Positions 50,960 to 63,888 are shown, counted from the whole stretch's first letter. The stretch: 63,891 nt of DNA, filler included, from Lama guanicoe (GCA_013239625.1; 83 parts of 82 records of this genome joined end to end with filler, not necessarily neighbours in it), one strand, 5' to 3'. Program-made: numbers and translations. The notes: generated by a model not told the origin, from the letters alone.

Positions 50960-51711
50960 TGTAAATATAGCCCTTTTGGTTCTCTAATTTATTACTAGTA
51001 GCTTGCACATTTCTGTCTTCTCCATCCTTCTTCCCTGTCCCCACAGGAAACCAAAACTTGGTACACTACACATATATATGTGATTCTGTTCCTATTTTTT
51101 AATGATTATTTCTCTTATATCTTTATTTTCCTCATTTAAGTGACAACATAGAATGTTTTTCTCCTTATGACATATTTTCCTTTGTGCAACACTCTCTGGG
51201 TCCAGTCACATTGTTCCAAGTGGCAGAATTTTATTTTTTAATATGACAATGACTAAGTATTTACTATGTTATCTATATCTCACATCTACTTCAGCCAATC
51301 ATCTGTTGATGGGCAGTTGAGTTGTGCTTCTTTCCTTGGCTAATATAAATAATGATGTTAAGAACATTGGGGGTAATATGTCCATTAGTTTAATGTTTTC
51401 ATATTTTTTCAGATTTATACCAAAACCTGGAATTGCTGCAAAATATAATGCTTCTATTTCTAGTTTTCTGAGCACTGTCCACACTTTAATAATAGTGGAT
51501 GCATCAATTTATATTTCCACGAACAGTGTACCTGTGTTCCCTCTTCCCAAATTTCTTATTAATGTTTGTCATTTGTAGAATTTTGTTAATAGCCATTTTG
51601 GTTGCTGTGAGATTAGTTGCTGTGATATTTAATTCTGGTTTTGATTAATGTTTTCCTAATGTATAGCAACGTTATGTTTCTTTGTATGTGAAGAAAATCA
51701 TCCACATGTCT
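50960..51711 (-). mobile_element. Degenerate L1 3' end, amplified copy
   Basis: Colinear with 9521-10125. Confidence 0.8.
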
Positions 51712-51811
51712 NNNNNNNNNNNNNNNNNNNNNNNNNNNNNNNNNNNNNNNNNNNNTTAATTAATTAANNNNNNNNNNNNNNNNNNNNNNNNNNNNNNNNN
51801 NNNNNNNNNNN

Positions 51812-52885
51812 GAATTTCGAATATAGAATACAGAATACTGAATATAGAATTTAGATTATATTATGTAGAACACAGAATATAGAATATAGACTACAGAATG
51901 CAGAATATAGTTTATAGAATATAGAATGATGAACACAAATTATAGAATAGAGAATATAGAACCCAGAATTAAGAACATGGAATATAGAACACAGAATTTA
52001 GTATATAGAATACATAATACTGAATTTCGAATTTAGAATGTAGAATATAGAACACAGAATATGGAATGTAGAATNNNNNNNNNNNNNNNNNNNNNNNNNN
52101 NNNNNNNNNNNNNNNNNNNNNNNNNNNNNNNNNNNNNNNNNNNNNNNNNNNNNNNNNNNNNNNNNNNNNNNNNNNNNNNNNNNNNNNNNNNNNNNNNNNN
52201 NNNNNNNNNNNNNNNNNNNNNNNNNNNNNNNNNNNNNNNNNNNNNNNNNNNNNNNNNNNNNNNNNNNNNNNNNNNNNNNNNNNNNNNNNNNNNNNNNNNN
52301 NNNCTGAATATAGAATTTAGAATATAGAATGTAGAACACAGAATATGGAATGTAGAAGACGGAATGCAGAATAATTAATACAGAATATAGAATGTAGAAC
52401 ACAGAATATCGAGTATAGAATACAGAATATAGAACCCAAAATTTAGAACATGGAATGCAGAACAGAGGATTTAGAATATAGAATACCGAATACAAATATA
52501 GAATATGAATATACAATGTAGAACACCGAATTTGGAGTACAGAACACAGAATACTGAATATACAATTTAGAATATACAATGTAGAACAATGAATATAGGA
52601 TATAGAGTACGGAATGCAGAATATAGAATACAGAAGTTAGAATATAGAACACAGAATATAGAATATGGAAAACAGAATACAAAACCCAGAATTGAGAACA
52701 TGGAATGAAGAACATAGAATTTAGAATATAGAAAACCGAATACTGAATATAGAATTTCAAATATAGAATGTTGAACACAGAATTTAGAATATAGAATAAA
52801 GAATACTGAATATTGAATTTAGACTGTAGAATGTAAAACACAGTATTTAGAATATAGATTAGAGAATATAGAAGCCAGAATTTAG
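51812..52885 (-). repeat. Family B heptamer satellite
   Basis: NNNNGAA tandem array. Confidence 0.95.
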
Positions 52886-52985
52886 NNNNNNNNNNNNNNN
52901 NNNNNNNNNNNNNNNNNNNNNNNNNNNNNTTAATTAATTAANNNNNNNNNNNNNNNNNNNNNNNNNNNNNNNNNNNNNNNNNNNN

Positions 52986-53708
52986 CAAAATACCAACAAC
53001 CTGTAATGATTTCTTGCCAGATGGAAAGTAAGAAATCTCTGAGGAAATTGTAGGATAAGCAGCACCAGTCTTTCTCAGAACAGGCAAAGAGATTAGCCTG
53101 AGGAAAAGGTACTGACACATATGGTTTACCAGTTCCCACCACCAGAATTCTCTCAATCTGTCCAATTTTGAGCCACTTGCCAAGTATTTCCTATCTGAAA
53201 GTTTTGTTCATCCAGGTTCTCCTGATTCTCTTGTCCCTGAAATCCCTGAATACTGCAGAGTCTCTTCCTAGAATCCCTTCCTTTGATCCTTTCATAGGTT
53301 GACCAGAGTAGGAATTACTACTTTTAGTAAAGAATTCTAACTGAGCAGCCCACACAGAAGTCTAATTTGTTCTTTTCTTTTTTGTCTTTCTCTAGATTGT
53401 CCCCAAATTAAGTATAGATTGTCCCCAAATTAAGTAGCTGCTGCTAAGATTTGACTAACAGTCTGTTCTTGCCACCCTAATAGTTTTCCTTAATTTGGAT
53501 ATGAATAGTTAGCAAAAGAGCCAAAACAAACAAACAAACAAACAAAAACCAGAGCATATTTTGGTCTGCCTCCAGGGTAACAGCAGGGAATTCTGAGAAA
53601 GCTTCAATAAACCACTGATGGAAATCAACGGGGGACTCACCTGTCTTCTGGGCAAGCTCTTGTGACATCTCCCAGCTCACCTTTAGTGGAAAGGCTCCAA
53701 GTACAGCT
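52986..53708 (-). mobile_element. Degenerate class I ERV gag-protease region
   Basis: QKTGESPVDFHQWFIEAF resembles the capsid MHR (Q..ESP..F.ERL.EA); downstream VLRKTGAAYPTI...LQVVGI resembles protease FLVDTGA.YS and the flap; order is correct. Confidence 0.7.
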
Positions 53709-53808
53709 NNNNNNNNNNNNNNNNNNNNNNNNNNNNNNNNNNNNNNNNNNNNTTAATTAATTAANNNNNNNNNNNNNNNNNNNNNNNNNNNNNNNNNNNN
53801 NNNNNNNN

Positions 53809-54740
53809 ACCCAAAGTTTCTTTTCAGTTGCAAACTACACTGCATATATATACACGGTTAAGATCTAGCTGCAAATTTGTTTTACATTTAAAAATGCAGG
53901 AACTTAAAACTGACACTAGGAATCAGACTGAGATTCCAGAGAAAGTGTTTGACCTGTAAATCGTTCATTTCATGCTGGATGAACGAACGTCTCTCCACAT
54001 GCTAATTTCTGAGAGATAATTGTGTGCAAGCCATTCTTCCCCTAGCTTGAAGGGAACATAAATTTTCTTTTCAGTTGCAAACTACACTACATACTTTTAT
54101 ATGGGGAGGTACATCTTCCAACTCGGTTTTACACTGAAATCTGCAGGAACTGCAAACTGGCACTAGGAGAAAAACTGAGAAACCAGAGTAAGTGTTTATC
54201 CTGCAATCCGTTCCCTCTGTGCCTGATGAACGAATGTCTGTCCATATGCTCAATTCTGAGAAATATGTGTGTGTGAAAACCCGCCTTCACCTAGCAGGAA
54301 GGGAACACAAAGTTTATTTCAGATCCAACCCCACAGGACACATACATATTGGTAAGCTCAAGATCCAACCCGGTTGTACAATGGAAAGTGCAAGAAATTC
54401 AAACCAGCACTAGGAAACAGACTGAGAACCCAGAGTAAGTGTNNNNNNNNNNNNNNNNNNNNNNNNNNNNNNNNNNNNNNNNNNNNNNNNNNNNNNNNNN
54501 NNNNNNNNNNNNNNNNNNNNNNNNNNNNNNNNNNNNNNNNNNNNNNNNNNNNNNNNNNNNNNNNNNNNNNNNNNNNNNNNNNNCATATAGCAGGGGTGGT
54601 AAAAGCTCCAACTCTGTTTTACAGTGAAAAATGCAGGAACTTTAAACCGGCACTAGGAAACGGAGTGCGAACAAAGAGTAAGGGTTTCTCATTCAACCCA
54701 TTCTTTTAGTGCTGGATCAATGAACGTCTCTACACATGCT
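53809..54740 (-). repeat. Family C ~248-bp satellite, diverged
   Basis: TCTCCACATGCT, CACTAGGAAACAGACTGAGAA.CCAGAGTAAGTGT in reverse orientation. Confidence 0.92.
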
Positions 54741-54989
54741 NNNNNNNNNNNNNNNNNNNNNNNNNNNNNNNNNNNNNNNNNNNNTTAATTAATTAANNNN
54801 NNNNNNNNNNNNNNNNNNNNNNNNNNNNNNNNNNNNNNNNTTGCCTGTCAGTCATGACAGATAAATCACAAAGGTAAGAAGAGAGGAAACAGGCCAAGAG
54901 TTCAAGTGTGGGGCATGGACAGCTAGCAGAGTGACCAAGCTACCTCCTCTTTTCTTTCCTCTTGTGGATATGAATCTATGTGCTTCCAG

Positions 54990-54998
54990 TGTGCGTGA

Positions 54999-55027
<29 letters not shown>
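54990..55027 (+). repeat. (TG)n(CG)n microsatellite
   Basis: Alternating purine-pyrimidine run. Confidence 0.9.
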
Positions 55028-55029
<2 letters not shown>

Positions 55030-55289
55030 GTGTGTCCCTATAAAAAAGTAGACAGTGCCTTGCAATCACCTTAGGACCATCAGATTTCTAGATGTTTTAT
55101 TTTAAATGATCTTTATTATTATTCCTCACTCATGTCAGACCACATGTTCTGATTTGAGGGACAGAGTGTAACTCTANNNNNNNNNNNNNNNNNNNNNNNN
55201 NNNNNNNNNNNNNNNNNNNNNNNNNNNNNNNNNNNNNNNNNNNNNNNNNNNNNNNNNNNNNNNNNNNNNNNNNGTACTGAATTCAGGGC

Positions 55290-55570
55290 CACAAACCTGG
55301 GTTCACTAGCCAACTCCTCCCTTTGCTAGGTGAATTTAGGTAAGTCTCTTAACTTTTGAGCATCAATTTCATCTTCTAAAATGGAGATAATAATATAAGT
55401 TGTGCTCACCTATTATACTTCATAGCTTACAAAGTGTCTTTTCACATATAGCATTCAATCTTCATGACAGCCCATAAATTATGTATTTTATTCCCATTTT
55501 ATGCATCAGAAAATTGTTTCATAGAGGTTCCTTAATCTTTCCAAGATCTTGGGATAAACAGGAGCTGGAA
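55290..55570. mobile_element. Two opposed MIR relics
   Basis: GGTAAGTCTCTTAAC...TAAAATGGAGATAATAAT, then ATTCCCATTTTATGCA. Confidence 0.6.
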
Positions 55571-56509
55571 AGAATTCTTTTAGTGGTCTTAGGAAGGGAA
55601 CATATTTGCCTTCTCTCAGAAAAAAAAATGCTCAGTCTTTCTTGTGTTTATCTATGTAGAGAGATGATTGGCAGTTGGATATTATAACAACAGAAGATGT
55701 GCTGACCTGACAGATCATGCTTAAAGGAAGATAAGTCCATTTTGTTCTCTAAAAAGCACTTTTTCTCCGTTAATTCTCTAGTAGTTCCTAATCTATTTAC
55801 CTCTACCATCCTCATAGTCCAGAAGACNNNNNNNNNNNNNNNNNNNNNNNNNNNNNNNNNNNNNNNNNNNNTTAATTAATTAANNNNNNNNNNNNNNNNN
55901 NNNNNNNNNNNNNNNNNNNNNNNNNNNTAAGCAATCTTTTATCCAGACAGTAGAAACTGGAAAGTGCAATTTTGAATTATTATCAGAGGTAGCTCAGGTA
56001 ATTAAAACCAAAATTGTGCAATATTGCAAAATACCAGGAAACAAAATCAAGGACTCCAAATCCCATTCTGTTTTTTAGTGCCATCAGAACAATAATTTAC
56101 CAAGTTTATGACCAATCTCAGTAACATTATAAGGCAAGAAGGCAAGCACACACACAGATAGACAGAAACAGACACTGACACAGATATACACGTGCACGCA
56201 CACGCACACACACATGTACACACACACACAGAAAATATCAACCCTGCAGCAAACAAACTTTAAGTCATGGAATATTGGCGTATAACTAATAGAGAATCAA
56301 AAGAGATGTCATACAGAAACTCAATACAGAAAACAAAACTCAGAAAGAAGTTTAGTGAGTTCAGGAATAAAATAAATGGTGATAAGGAATACATTACCTA
56401 AGCGACTGANNNNNNNNNNNNNNNNNNNNNNNNNNNNNNNNNNNNNNNNNNNNTTAATTAATTAANNNNNNNNNNNNNNNNNNNNNNNNNNNNNNNNNNN
56501 NNNNNNNNN

Positions 56510-56935
56510 TTGTGGAGGTGTTTAAAGTACATCCCTAACCTGGGAACACCTGTGCCCCGATATAGATCCGTGGAGTCTGTTTCCAAACCTCCAGCACACA
56601 CACGAACACTTGCACAGTTATCCTGAGAGTGGGCAGCCTCCTCCAACTGAGAGCAGGGCCTTGGTTCATATATAATCGCTTAACTTGTCTACCCTGTTTG
56701 GTTGCCTGATACGGAGTGCTGGAGAAAGGGTGGGTTGGGCTCTAAATCCAAGTATTAGCGAGTGCTTCTCCATGGGAAGAGCAAATTATTCACCAAAATC
56801 CCACAACATGGGAATACCTGTGCTCCTTGAAAAATGCGTGGACTCTGTTTCCCCACCTCCAGCACCACACATGAAGAATTATTCTAGTATCCTAAGTGTG
56901 GGGAGGCACCTCCCACTGACAGCAGCATCTGGGAT
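56510..56935 (+). repeat. Strongly diverged ~268-bp relative of family A
   Basis: GGGAAYACCTGTG at 56542 and 56810; family A landmarks occur in order (CGTGGA, ATCCTRAG.GTGGG, AAATCC.AGT). Confidence 0.8.
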
Positions 56936-57035
56936 NNNNNNNNNNNNNNNNNNNNNNNNNNNNNNNNNNNNNNNNNNNNTTAATTAATTAANNNNNNNNN
57001 NNNNNNNNNNNNNNNNNNNNNNNNNNNNNNNNNNN

Positions 57036-57760
57036 CTGAGCGTGGGGAGGTTCCACCAACGGTCGGCAGCGCGTGGGTACTAACCGAATGCCTAAGCTCA
57101 TCTCCCCAGAGAATTTTCCTAATGTCTCTGTGCCAGGGAATGCTAGGGGTGTTTGCAGGTATTCACAGGGACAGAGGCAGTCCACAATGTCAGGGAAGGT
57201 ATTTCACGGACTTCCCCGAACAGGGAACATCTGTGACTGAAGAGAGCTGCGTGGAGTTGTCTCTCGAGCTCCCACACGCACTGAAAATGTTTCCGTAATC
57301 CTGAGCGTGGGGAGGTTCCACCAACGGTCGGCAGCACGTGGGCTCTAACGGAATGCCTAAGCTCGTTTCCCCTGAGGGTTTTCCTAATGTCTCTGTGCCA
57401 GGGAATGCTAGGGGTGTTTGCAGGAAGTCCCAGGGACAGAGGCTGCCTCCCCAAGGAGAGAGGAGATATTTCTCGGNNNNNNNNNNNNNNNNNNNNNNNN
57501 NNNNNNNNNNNNNNNNNNNNNNNNNNNNNNNNNNNNNNNNNNNNNNNNNNNNNNNNNNNNNNNNNNNNNNNNNNNNNNNNNNNNNNNNNNNNNNNNNNNN
57601 NNNNNNNNNNNNNNNNNNNNNNNNNNNNNNNNNTTCCTAATGTCTCTGTGCCAGGGAATGCTAGGGGTGTTTGTAGGTAGTCACAGGGACAGAGGCTGGC
57701 CACAAGGTCATGGAAGGTATTTCATGGACTTCCCCGAACAAGGAACACCTGTGACTGAAC
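57036..57760 (+). repeat. Family A satellite with alternating monomers
   Basis: TCACAGGGACAGAGGC..CCACAA variant in monomers 1 and 3 only. Confidence 0.94.
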
Positions 57761-58699
57761 NNNNNNNNNNNNNNNNNNNNNNNNNNNNNNNNNNNNNNNN
57801 NNNNTTAATTAATTAANNNNNNNNNNNNNNNNNNNNNNNNNNNNNNNNNNNNNNNNNNNNACGTCTCATTACTCAATTTTGCCTTCTAAGTTTCCTAGTC
57901 AGCATCTAGCTAGCCTCTACTGGTCCCGCTGCCTCAGGCAGTTGTAATGTTAAATACTCACTGCTGATTGTTTCCCACACACACTCTGGGGACAGGCTGT
58001 TTGCACAGCATGAGTTTGTGATAGGTCAAATAGTGACAGCTTTCTGGGGGCGGATTTCTTGGGTAACTTTAAATCACTTCTGCCCCTACCTTGACTGTGA
58101 GACTATTGCTTTTAAAGGCCACCATTTAGGTTAGGATACAGGGATGGGGTAGATCAAGTTACAATGCCACAAAACTCACTATCTTNNNNNNNNNNNNNNN
58201 NNNNNNNNNNNNNNNNNNNNNNNNNNNNNNNNNNNNNNNNNNNNNNNNNNNNNNNNNNNNNNNNNNNNNNNNNNNNNNNNNNNNNNNNNNNNNNNNNNNN
58301 NNNNNNNNNNNNNNNNNNNNNNNNNNNNNNNNNNNNNNNNNNNNNNNNNNNNNNNNNNNNNNNNNNNNNNNNNNNNNNNNNNNNNNNNNNNNNNNNNNNN
58401 NNNNNNNNNNNNNNNNNNNNNNNNNNNNNNNNNNNNNNNNNNNNNNNNNNNNNNNNNNNNNNNNNNNNNNNNNNNNNNNNNNNNNNNNNNNCAGATTGTT
58501 GTTTTATTAAAGTGAAGGGTTTTTTAAAAATATCCTCATGAGTAGCCTTCTGTCATTTTTACAAGTTATGAAACTTCCACTAGTCTGTGGCTATTTTTTN
58601 NNNNNNNNNNNNNNNNNNNNNNNNNNNNNNNNNNNNNNNNNNNTTAATTAATTAANNNNNNNNNNNNNNNNNNNNNNNNNNNNNNNNNNNNNNNNNNNN

Positions 58700-59357
58700 T
58701 TAAAAATATAATAGTAAAAAATTCTCACTTACAAAATTGACAAAAACACAAACAAACTGGAATAAATTCAAAAATAATGCCCATGTTCTAAATGGAGAAC
58801 CTTCAGGACTGTACTGAGGGGTAAAGTAAGATGTGTGAATATAGAGACATCAACAAATTGCATGGAGGAAAGCAGTTTTTTAAAGATGTATGTTCTCATT
58901 AAATAATTCAAAACTTACTANNNNNNNNNNNNNNNNNNNNNNNNNNNNNNNNNNNNNNNNNNNNNNNNNNNNNNNNNNNNNNNGGAATAATAATAATACT
59001 GTACAAGAAAATTTGAGATGGAAGAAAAGAATCAAAAAAAATTCAGACTGACAGTTATTAAATAAATTTTTACAATATGTAAGATATGGTGCTGGAGTAA
59101 GTAAGGTAGATTGACAGAAGAGGACCATGAGCTCAAAAAGAGACTCTAGTGTAGATAAGTAATTTGTACAGGTGGGATTTCAAATCAAAATGAAAAGTAT
59201 GACTTCAATAATTGTCCTGAGACAATCAGAGAATCACCTGGAAAGAATAAATTCTATTCCTCTCATAAGGACCACAAGATACATTACAGACCGTGATGTA
59301 AATATTACAAAGTACTAATAACAGCAAATACAACACTTTGCTCTTATTAAGTCAACT
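58700..59357 (+). repeat. Family E segment, copy 3
   Basis: CCATGAGCTCAAAAAGAGACTCTAGTGTA is shared with ~14729. Confidence 0.85.
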
Positions 59358-59457
59358 NNNNNNNNNNNNNNNNNNNNNNNNNNNNNNNNNNNNNNNNNNN
59401 NTTAATTAATTAANNNNNNNNNNNNNNNNNNNNNNNNNNNNNNNNNNNNNNNNNNNN

Positions 59458-60056
59458 CCACCAAACACTCTGGTGCTTTGCACCCAGGTGGCAGTGGGGG
59501 CAAAAGCTGCATCTGCACCTAAGGACTTAGCAACATCAAGGGCCAGACCGAGACTTCTCTACAGCCTGAGGCAGATAGGGTCCTAATGTAATGATTCCTC
59601 AGGAAACTTGTATGTCAATTCAAGCAAGGAGCTGGATTTTGGCCCAGACCAGGGAGAGGGCAGTTCCTCAGTCTTCCCTGAGCCCAATTAAGGTGTGCAT
59701 ACCCGAGGCAGAGTGTACAGTGGCACAGAGCAGCAGAGTGATCGGCACACTGAAGAAGTGGGTTGCCCCCCACATTTTGGGCTGAAATGTAGCCCCTGAC
59801 CATGGGGTTGGGAGAGGGCGTGATGTGCAATCCTGCCTTGTCAGTCTGCAACATCTGACTGCAGCATCTGGCAGGGCAGTGACAAGCCAGCCCAGACTAA
59901 TGAGAGCTGCACCTGACCCAGTGTTGGGTGTAGGAGCCATCTGCTTACACATGCCCTGGAAGCAGCACAGATGTGGGTGAAATTGGAGGGCCGCTGAAAA
60001 CAGCAAACTGAGCTTCCAAAACAGAATGAATACAGAAAGATTTTGCATTTAAAGTA
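59458..60056 (+). mobile_element. CpG-decayed copy of the 8030-8430 repeat (probable L1 5'UTR)
   Basis: Colinear homology with many CG to TG/CA differences. Confidence 0.5.
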
Positions 60057-60414
60057 NNNNNNNNNNNNNNNNNNNNNNNNNNNNNNNNNNNNNNNNNNNN
60101 TTAATTAATTAANNNNNNNNNNNNNNNNNNNNNNNNNNNNNNNNNNNNNNNNNNNNTTGCTATCTGTGTCATTCTGCAACAGGAAATCCCTTTAATTTAG
60201 ATATTTTCTCAGTTAGAATATTGTGTGATCACTTCTAACTTATATATCTTTTCATGTTTTTTCCTCTTTCTTCTAAGTGGAAGCAGAATCTTCCAGACTC
60301 AACTTTACAATCACCATTCCAGACAGCATTTCTGAATAAGTCATATTTTAATATTGCTTCCTCACTTTGAATAAAGCATGGATCTTTTCACTATACTTAA
60401 AGTAAAACTCGATA

Positions 60415-60557
60415 AATATTTATTGATCACTTAAATATATCAGGCACTGTGATTAAGAATTTAAAAAAATAATTAAATTTCATCCTTTAAACTATCTTTT
60501 TAAAATGGACTACTATTAGCCCCATGTTATATACAAGAAAACTGAAACATACTGATG
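60415..60557 (-). mobile_element. MIR relic
   Basis: CAGGCACTGTG...TACTATTAGCCCCATGTTATATACAAGAAAACTGA. Confidence 0.65.
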
Positions 60558-62563
60558 NNNNNNNNNNNNNNNNNNNNNNNNNNNNNNNNNNNNNNNNNNN
60601 NTTAATTAATTAANNNNNNNNNNNNNNNNNNNNNNNNNNNNNNNNNNNNNNNNNNNNGTCAAGGGGAAAGAAGAGTGAGCCATGCAGATATTTCCTAGGG
60701 CTGATGCAAACCAACAGCAAGACAGCAGAATTGTTAAACTCATGGGTACAAACATTTTTTTCTGAAAAATTAAACAGTACAGAAATTACAGTTATAATGC
60801 TCAAACAACTAATGTGCATCATTTTTTTTTCTGTAAGCTTGTGAATCAGTTACTAAAAGGTCAAGGAAAAAATGATTTAAAGCCTTTTGTGTCTTAATTC
60901 ATCAAAAATACTTAATATCAGGTAAAAAGGGCACTTGTTGCATATTGATAAAAATGTATGAGTACTTGTGCTTTCCATCATTTTGGGCTAAAAATCCCCA
61001 ATTACCTTATCTTCAGTTAGATGTAGCTATAGCGTTCTGATTAAATACCGGTACAAAATCAGCCCTTTCCTTAGCCTGGTTCCATGTGAAAGGACTAACA
61101 AATGGTGAAGATTGTATGCAAATGGTGACTCATAAAAGTGTAGATTCAGTTATGGATTTTTAATTCATATGCCTCCTATATGACAACTGTACAAAAATAG
61201 TGTCAAATGAAAGGCAGCATTTGGGACAAGAAGCAACCCGTTCTCCCTGATCTTGCATCCTGTTAACAAGGAGAAGTCTCTGACGCATAAAAGAGCTCTG
61301 GGTGGCCTTAACCATTCATGCACAATCTTCCTTGGGTCTTTTGATGCCTTTAGTTCTTCAGGCTGATCATTGTCAACTCTGGAAGCTTCATGCCTTTTAA
61401 TTAGTCATTCTTACTTACGTCCTTCCTCTTTGTAGCTCTGGGATATTTCCGACTAGAGCCTGGTGGTTCATTTTGAAATATTTCAGAGCTCCCCTCACTG
61501 CCATCTCAGACANNNNNNNNNNNNNNNNNNNNNNNNNNNNNNNNNNNNNNNNNNNNTTAATTAATTAANNNNNNNNNNNNNNNNNNNNNNNNNNNNNNNN
61601 NNNNNNNNNNNNCAACCAAGGGTCTAGGAACTCTTAGATACATTCTGTGTGAAGGTTAGAAGGGGCAAAAGTTATCTGGGGGTGTATAAACCTACATTAA
61701 ATGTTTGCAATGGCACTGCCCCTTCTGGACAAAGCTCTGATTCTAAGAAGTAAATTAATAAGAAGTCAGTATAGTTACAGCTATGGGGAAGAGAATCAGC
61801 TATTTTGGGGTGGGTGGGTGATGAAGAGACAGCAAAAAATCCAGCAAATGAAAATGGAATGCTTTAGGCCTCTGGAGGCATGAATTAAAAAGAAAATGAT
61901 ACTTTGTCTCCTGTACCTACCTCCACTTTCTCTCTTGAGTGACTAGTCCTTGGGCTATGAAAAGTGTTAGTTTGTGGTGAACAGTAAAGACAATAACGAA
62001 ATAGTTAGAAAACCATGAGAGTTTTGTTGTTTCAGGAAAGTAGATTTTGCTTAAAGTAATCTTGTATTTTTCATTCACTAAATACTAAAATGCATCCTGT
62101 GGCATGTGCTGTGCTTATTGTGCTGGTATCCAAGTTAGACAAGGAAAGGGGGATGGACAGAAAACATCCGGAGGAGGAGGTGGTTTCTCTGCTGAAACTG
62201 GGAAAGTCTAAGCAGGTAAAAGGAGGACACCCAAATTCCAAGGATGAGATGGAGCAAAAGTGTTGAGGTTGGAGATAACATAGTTGACAAGCATTTGTCT
62301 TGATATATTTCCAGATACAGTGAAACATAAAGATATGCCAAGATAGTCAAATGCATGATTTATAGAGAAATGACAAATCTAAGTAGAGTTTGTGGGCTTA
62401 GAGATGGATAGGCATTAAGAGCCACCCTGAGGACATAAGCTTGTCTTTGGCTGGAACATAAATNNNNNNNNNNNNNNNNNNNNNNNNNNNNNNNNNNNNN
62501 NNNNNNNTTAATTAATTAANNNNNNNNNNNNNNNNNNNNNNNNNNNNNNNNNNNNNNNNNNNN

Positions 62564-63300
62564 AAAACAATTGTCTTCGGACAATCCCTCCCACCAAGGC
62601 TGTATAGAAACATAGAGCTAAGCATATATCTCATTTCTGTGAAATGTATCTGGATAGTGTTGATTCATCGATGCCCAGTTGGCAGAGAAGAAGTGCAACC
62701 TGCACTCACTCGCTCCCATGTACAGAGCAATGGAAACATCCACTCACCCAGCCCTTGGCACAGGACACTTGCCGAAGAGAGGCCTGTTACTTCCAAAGAC
62801 AGGATGAGGCCTCAGGACACCTGGAAGCAGGAGAAGGCAAAGCAGGGAATGGAAACCAGTGCAGGGTCTGACCCCTGGTGATGGAGCAACAAGGGTGAAA
62901 CTCTATTTACCTTGGACGCACACTCTTAAGCGGACAGGAGACATGGGATTGAAGGTGATGTGCTGAGATTTACAAGAGTGCACAGCAGATGCTTGGCTGA
63001 CAGAACTCAAAGAAACCAGCGCAAAATATCCCCACAGTTGATTCTGNNNNNNNNNNNNNNNNNNNNNNNNNNNNNNNNNNNNNNNNNNNNNNNNNNNNNN
63101 NNNNNNNNNNNNNNNNNNNNNNNNNNNNNNNNNNNNNNNNNNNNNNNNNNNNNNNNNNNNNNNNNNNNNNNNNNNNNNNNNNNNNNNAAACCGAACTCCA
63201 ATGATAAAGCAACCAAACTGGTCGCGCGGTTGCGATTACCGATATGTCCCTTGGACAAACCAAGTGCATCTGCAGGACCAGGGACCAATTGGGCATTTTG
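62564..63300 (+). repeat. Family D repeat, copy 4 (extends the unit downstream)
   Basis: Overlaps the end of 39472-39883 and contains the 5266-5412 sequence; membership beyond ~62855 is inferred from continuity. Confidence 0.85.
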
Positions 63301-63400
63301 NNNNNNNNNNNNNNNNNNNNNNNNNNNNNNNNNNNNNNNNNNNNTTAATTAATTAANNNNNNNNNNNNNNNNNNNNNNNNNNNNNNNNNNNNNNNNNNNN

Positions 63401-63888
63401 GCAGGATGCTAAATGGCACTCGCACAGGTGCCAGGACAGGGTCAAGTCTGACCATGAAAGGTCAAAGGATGAGTCGTGGCCCAATTTCTGGGAATCCCAA
63501 CACCTTCCCCAAAGCGGTTGGAATATTCCTCCCACTTATTAGCATATGAAGATACTGAGTGCATAAAAACTAACAACCCCCACCTCATGGCTGCTCTCTC
63601 TGCTGAGGGAAACAGCCCACACTCTGTCTAGTCTGTGGAGTGTGTATCTACTTTTACTTTAAACTGGAGCACCCAACCCCCACGCCTCATGACCTTTCTC
63701 TTGCCTTCTGAAACTGCCCACTCTGTGGAGTATATATCTCTCCGAATAAATCTACCTTTACTGAACTCTGGCTCTCTCTTGAATTCGTTCCTGGGCAAAC
63801 CAAGGACACACACTTGGCGAGGTACATCCCAGGGACCCAAGGAAGACCTGGGATACAGCCGTCCTCTCCCCCACATTTTCCTGTATCA
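63401..63888 (+). mobile_element. ERV LTR (partial U3 through U5)
   Basis: TATA-like CATAAAA ~63562, polyA signal AATAAA ~63745, terminal TGTATCA; homologous to 35559-36033. Confidence 0.85.

Noticed and set aside
50198..51044. Long ORFs containing X runs (also at 4660, 14096, 19637, 28313 and elsewhere)
   Set aside because: They are open only because they cross N gaps; C-terminal LIN or N residues come from the linker.
504..63356. Regularly recurring palindromic TTAATTAATTAA as a CRISPR-like or recombination-site array
   Set aside because: It is always embedded in Ns in a fixed 100-bp format, so it is an assembly linker.
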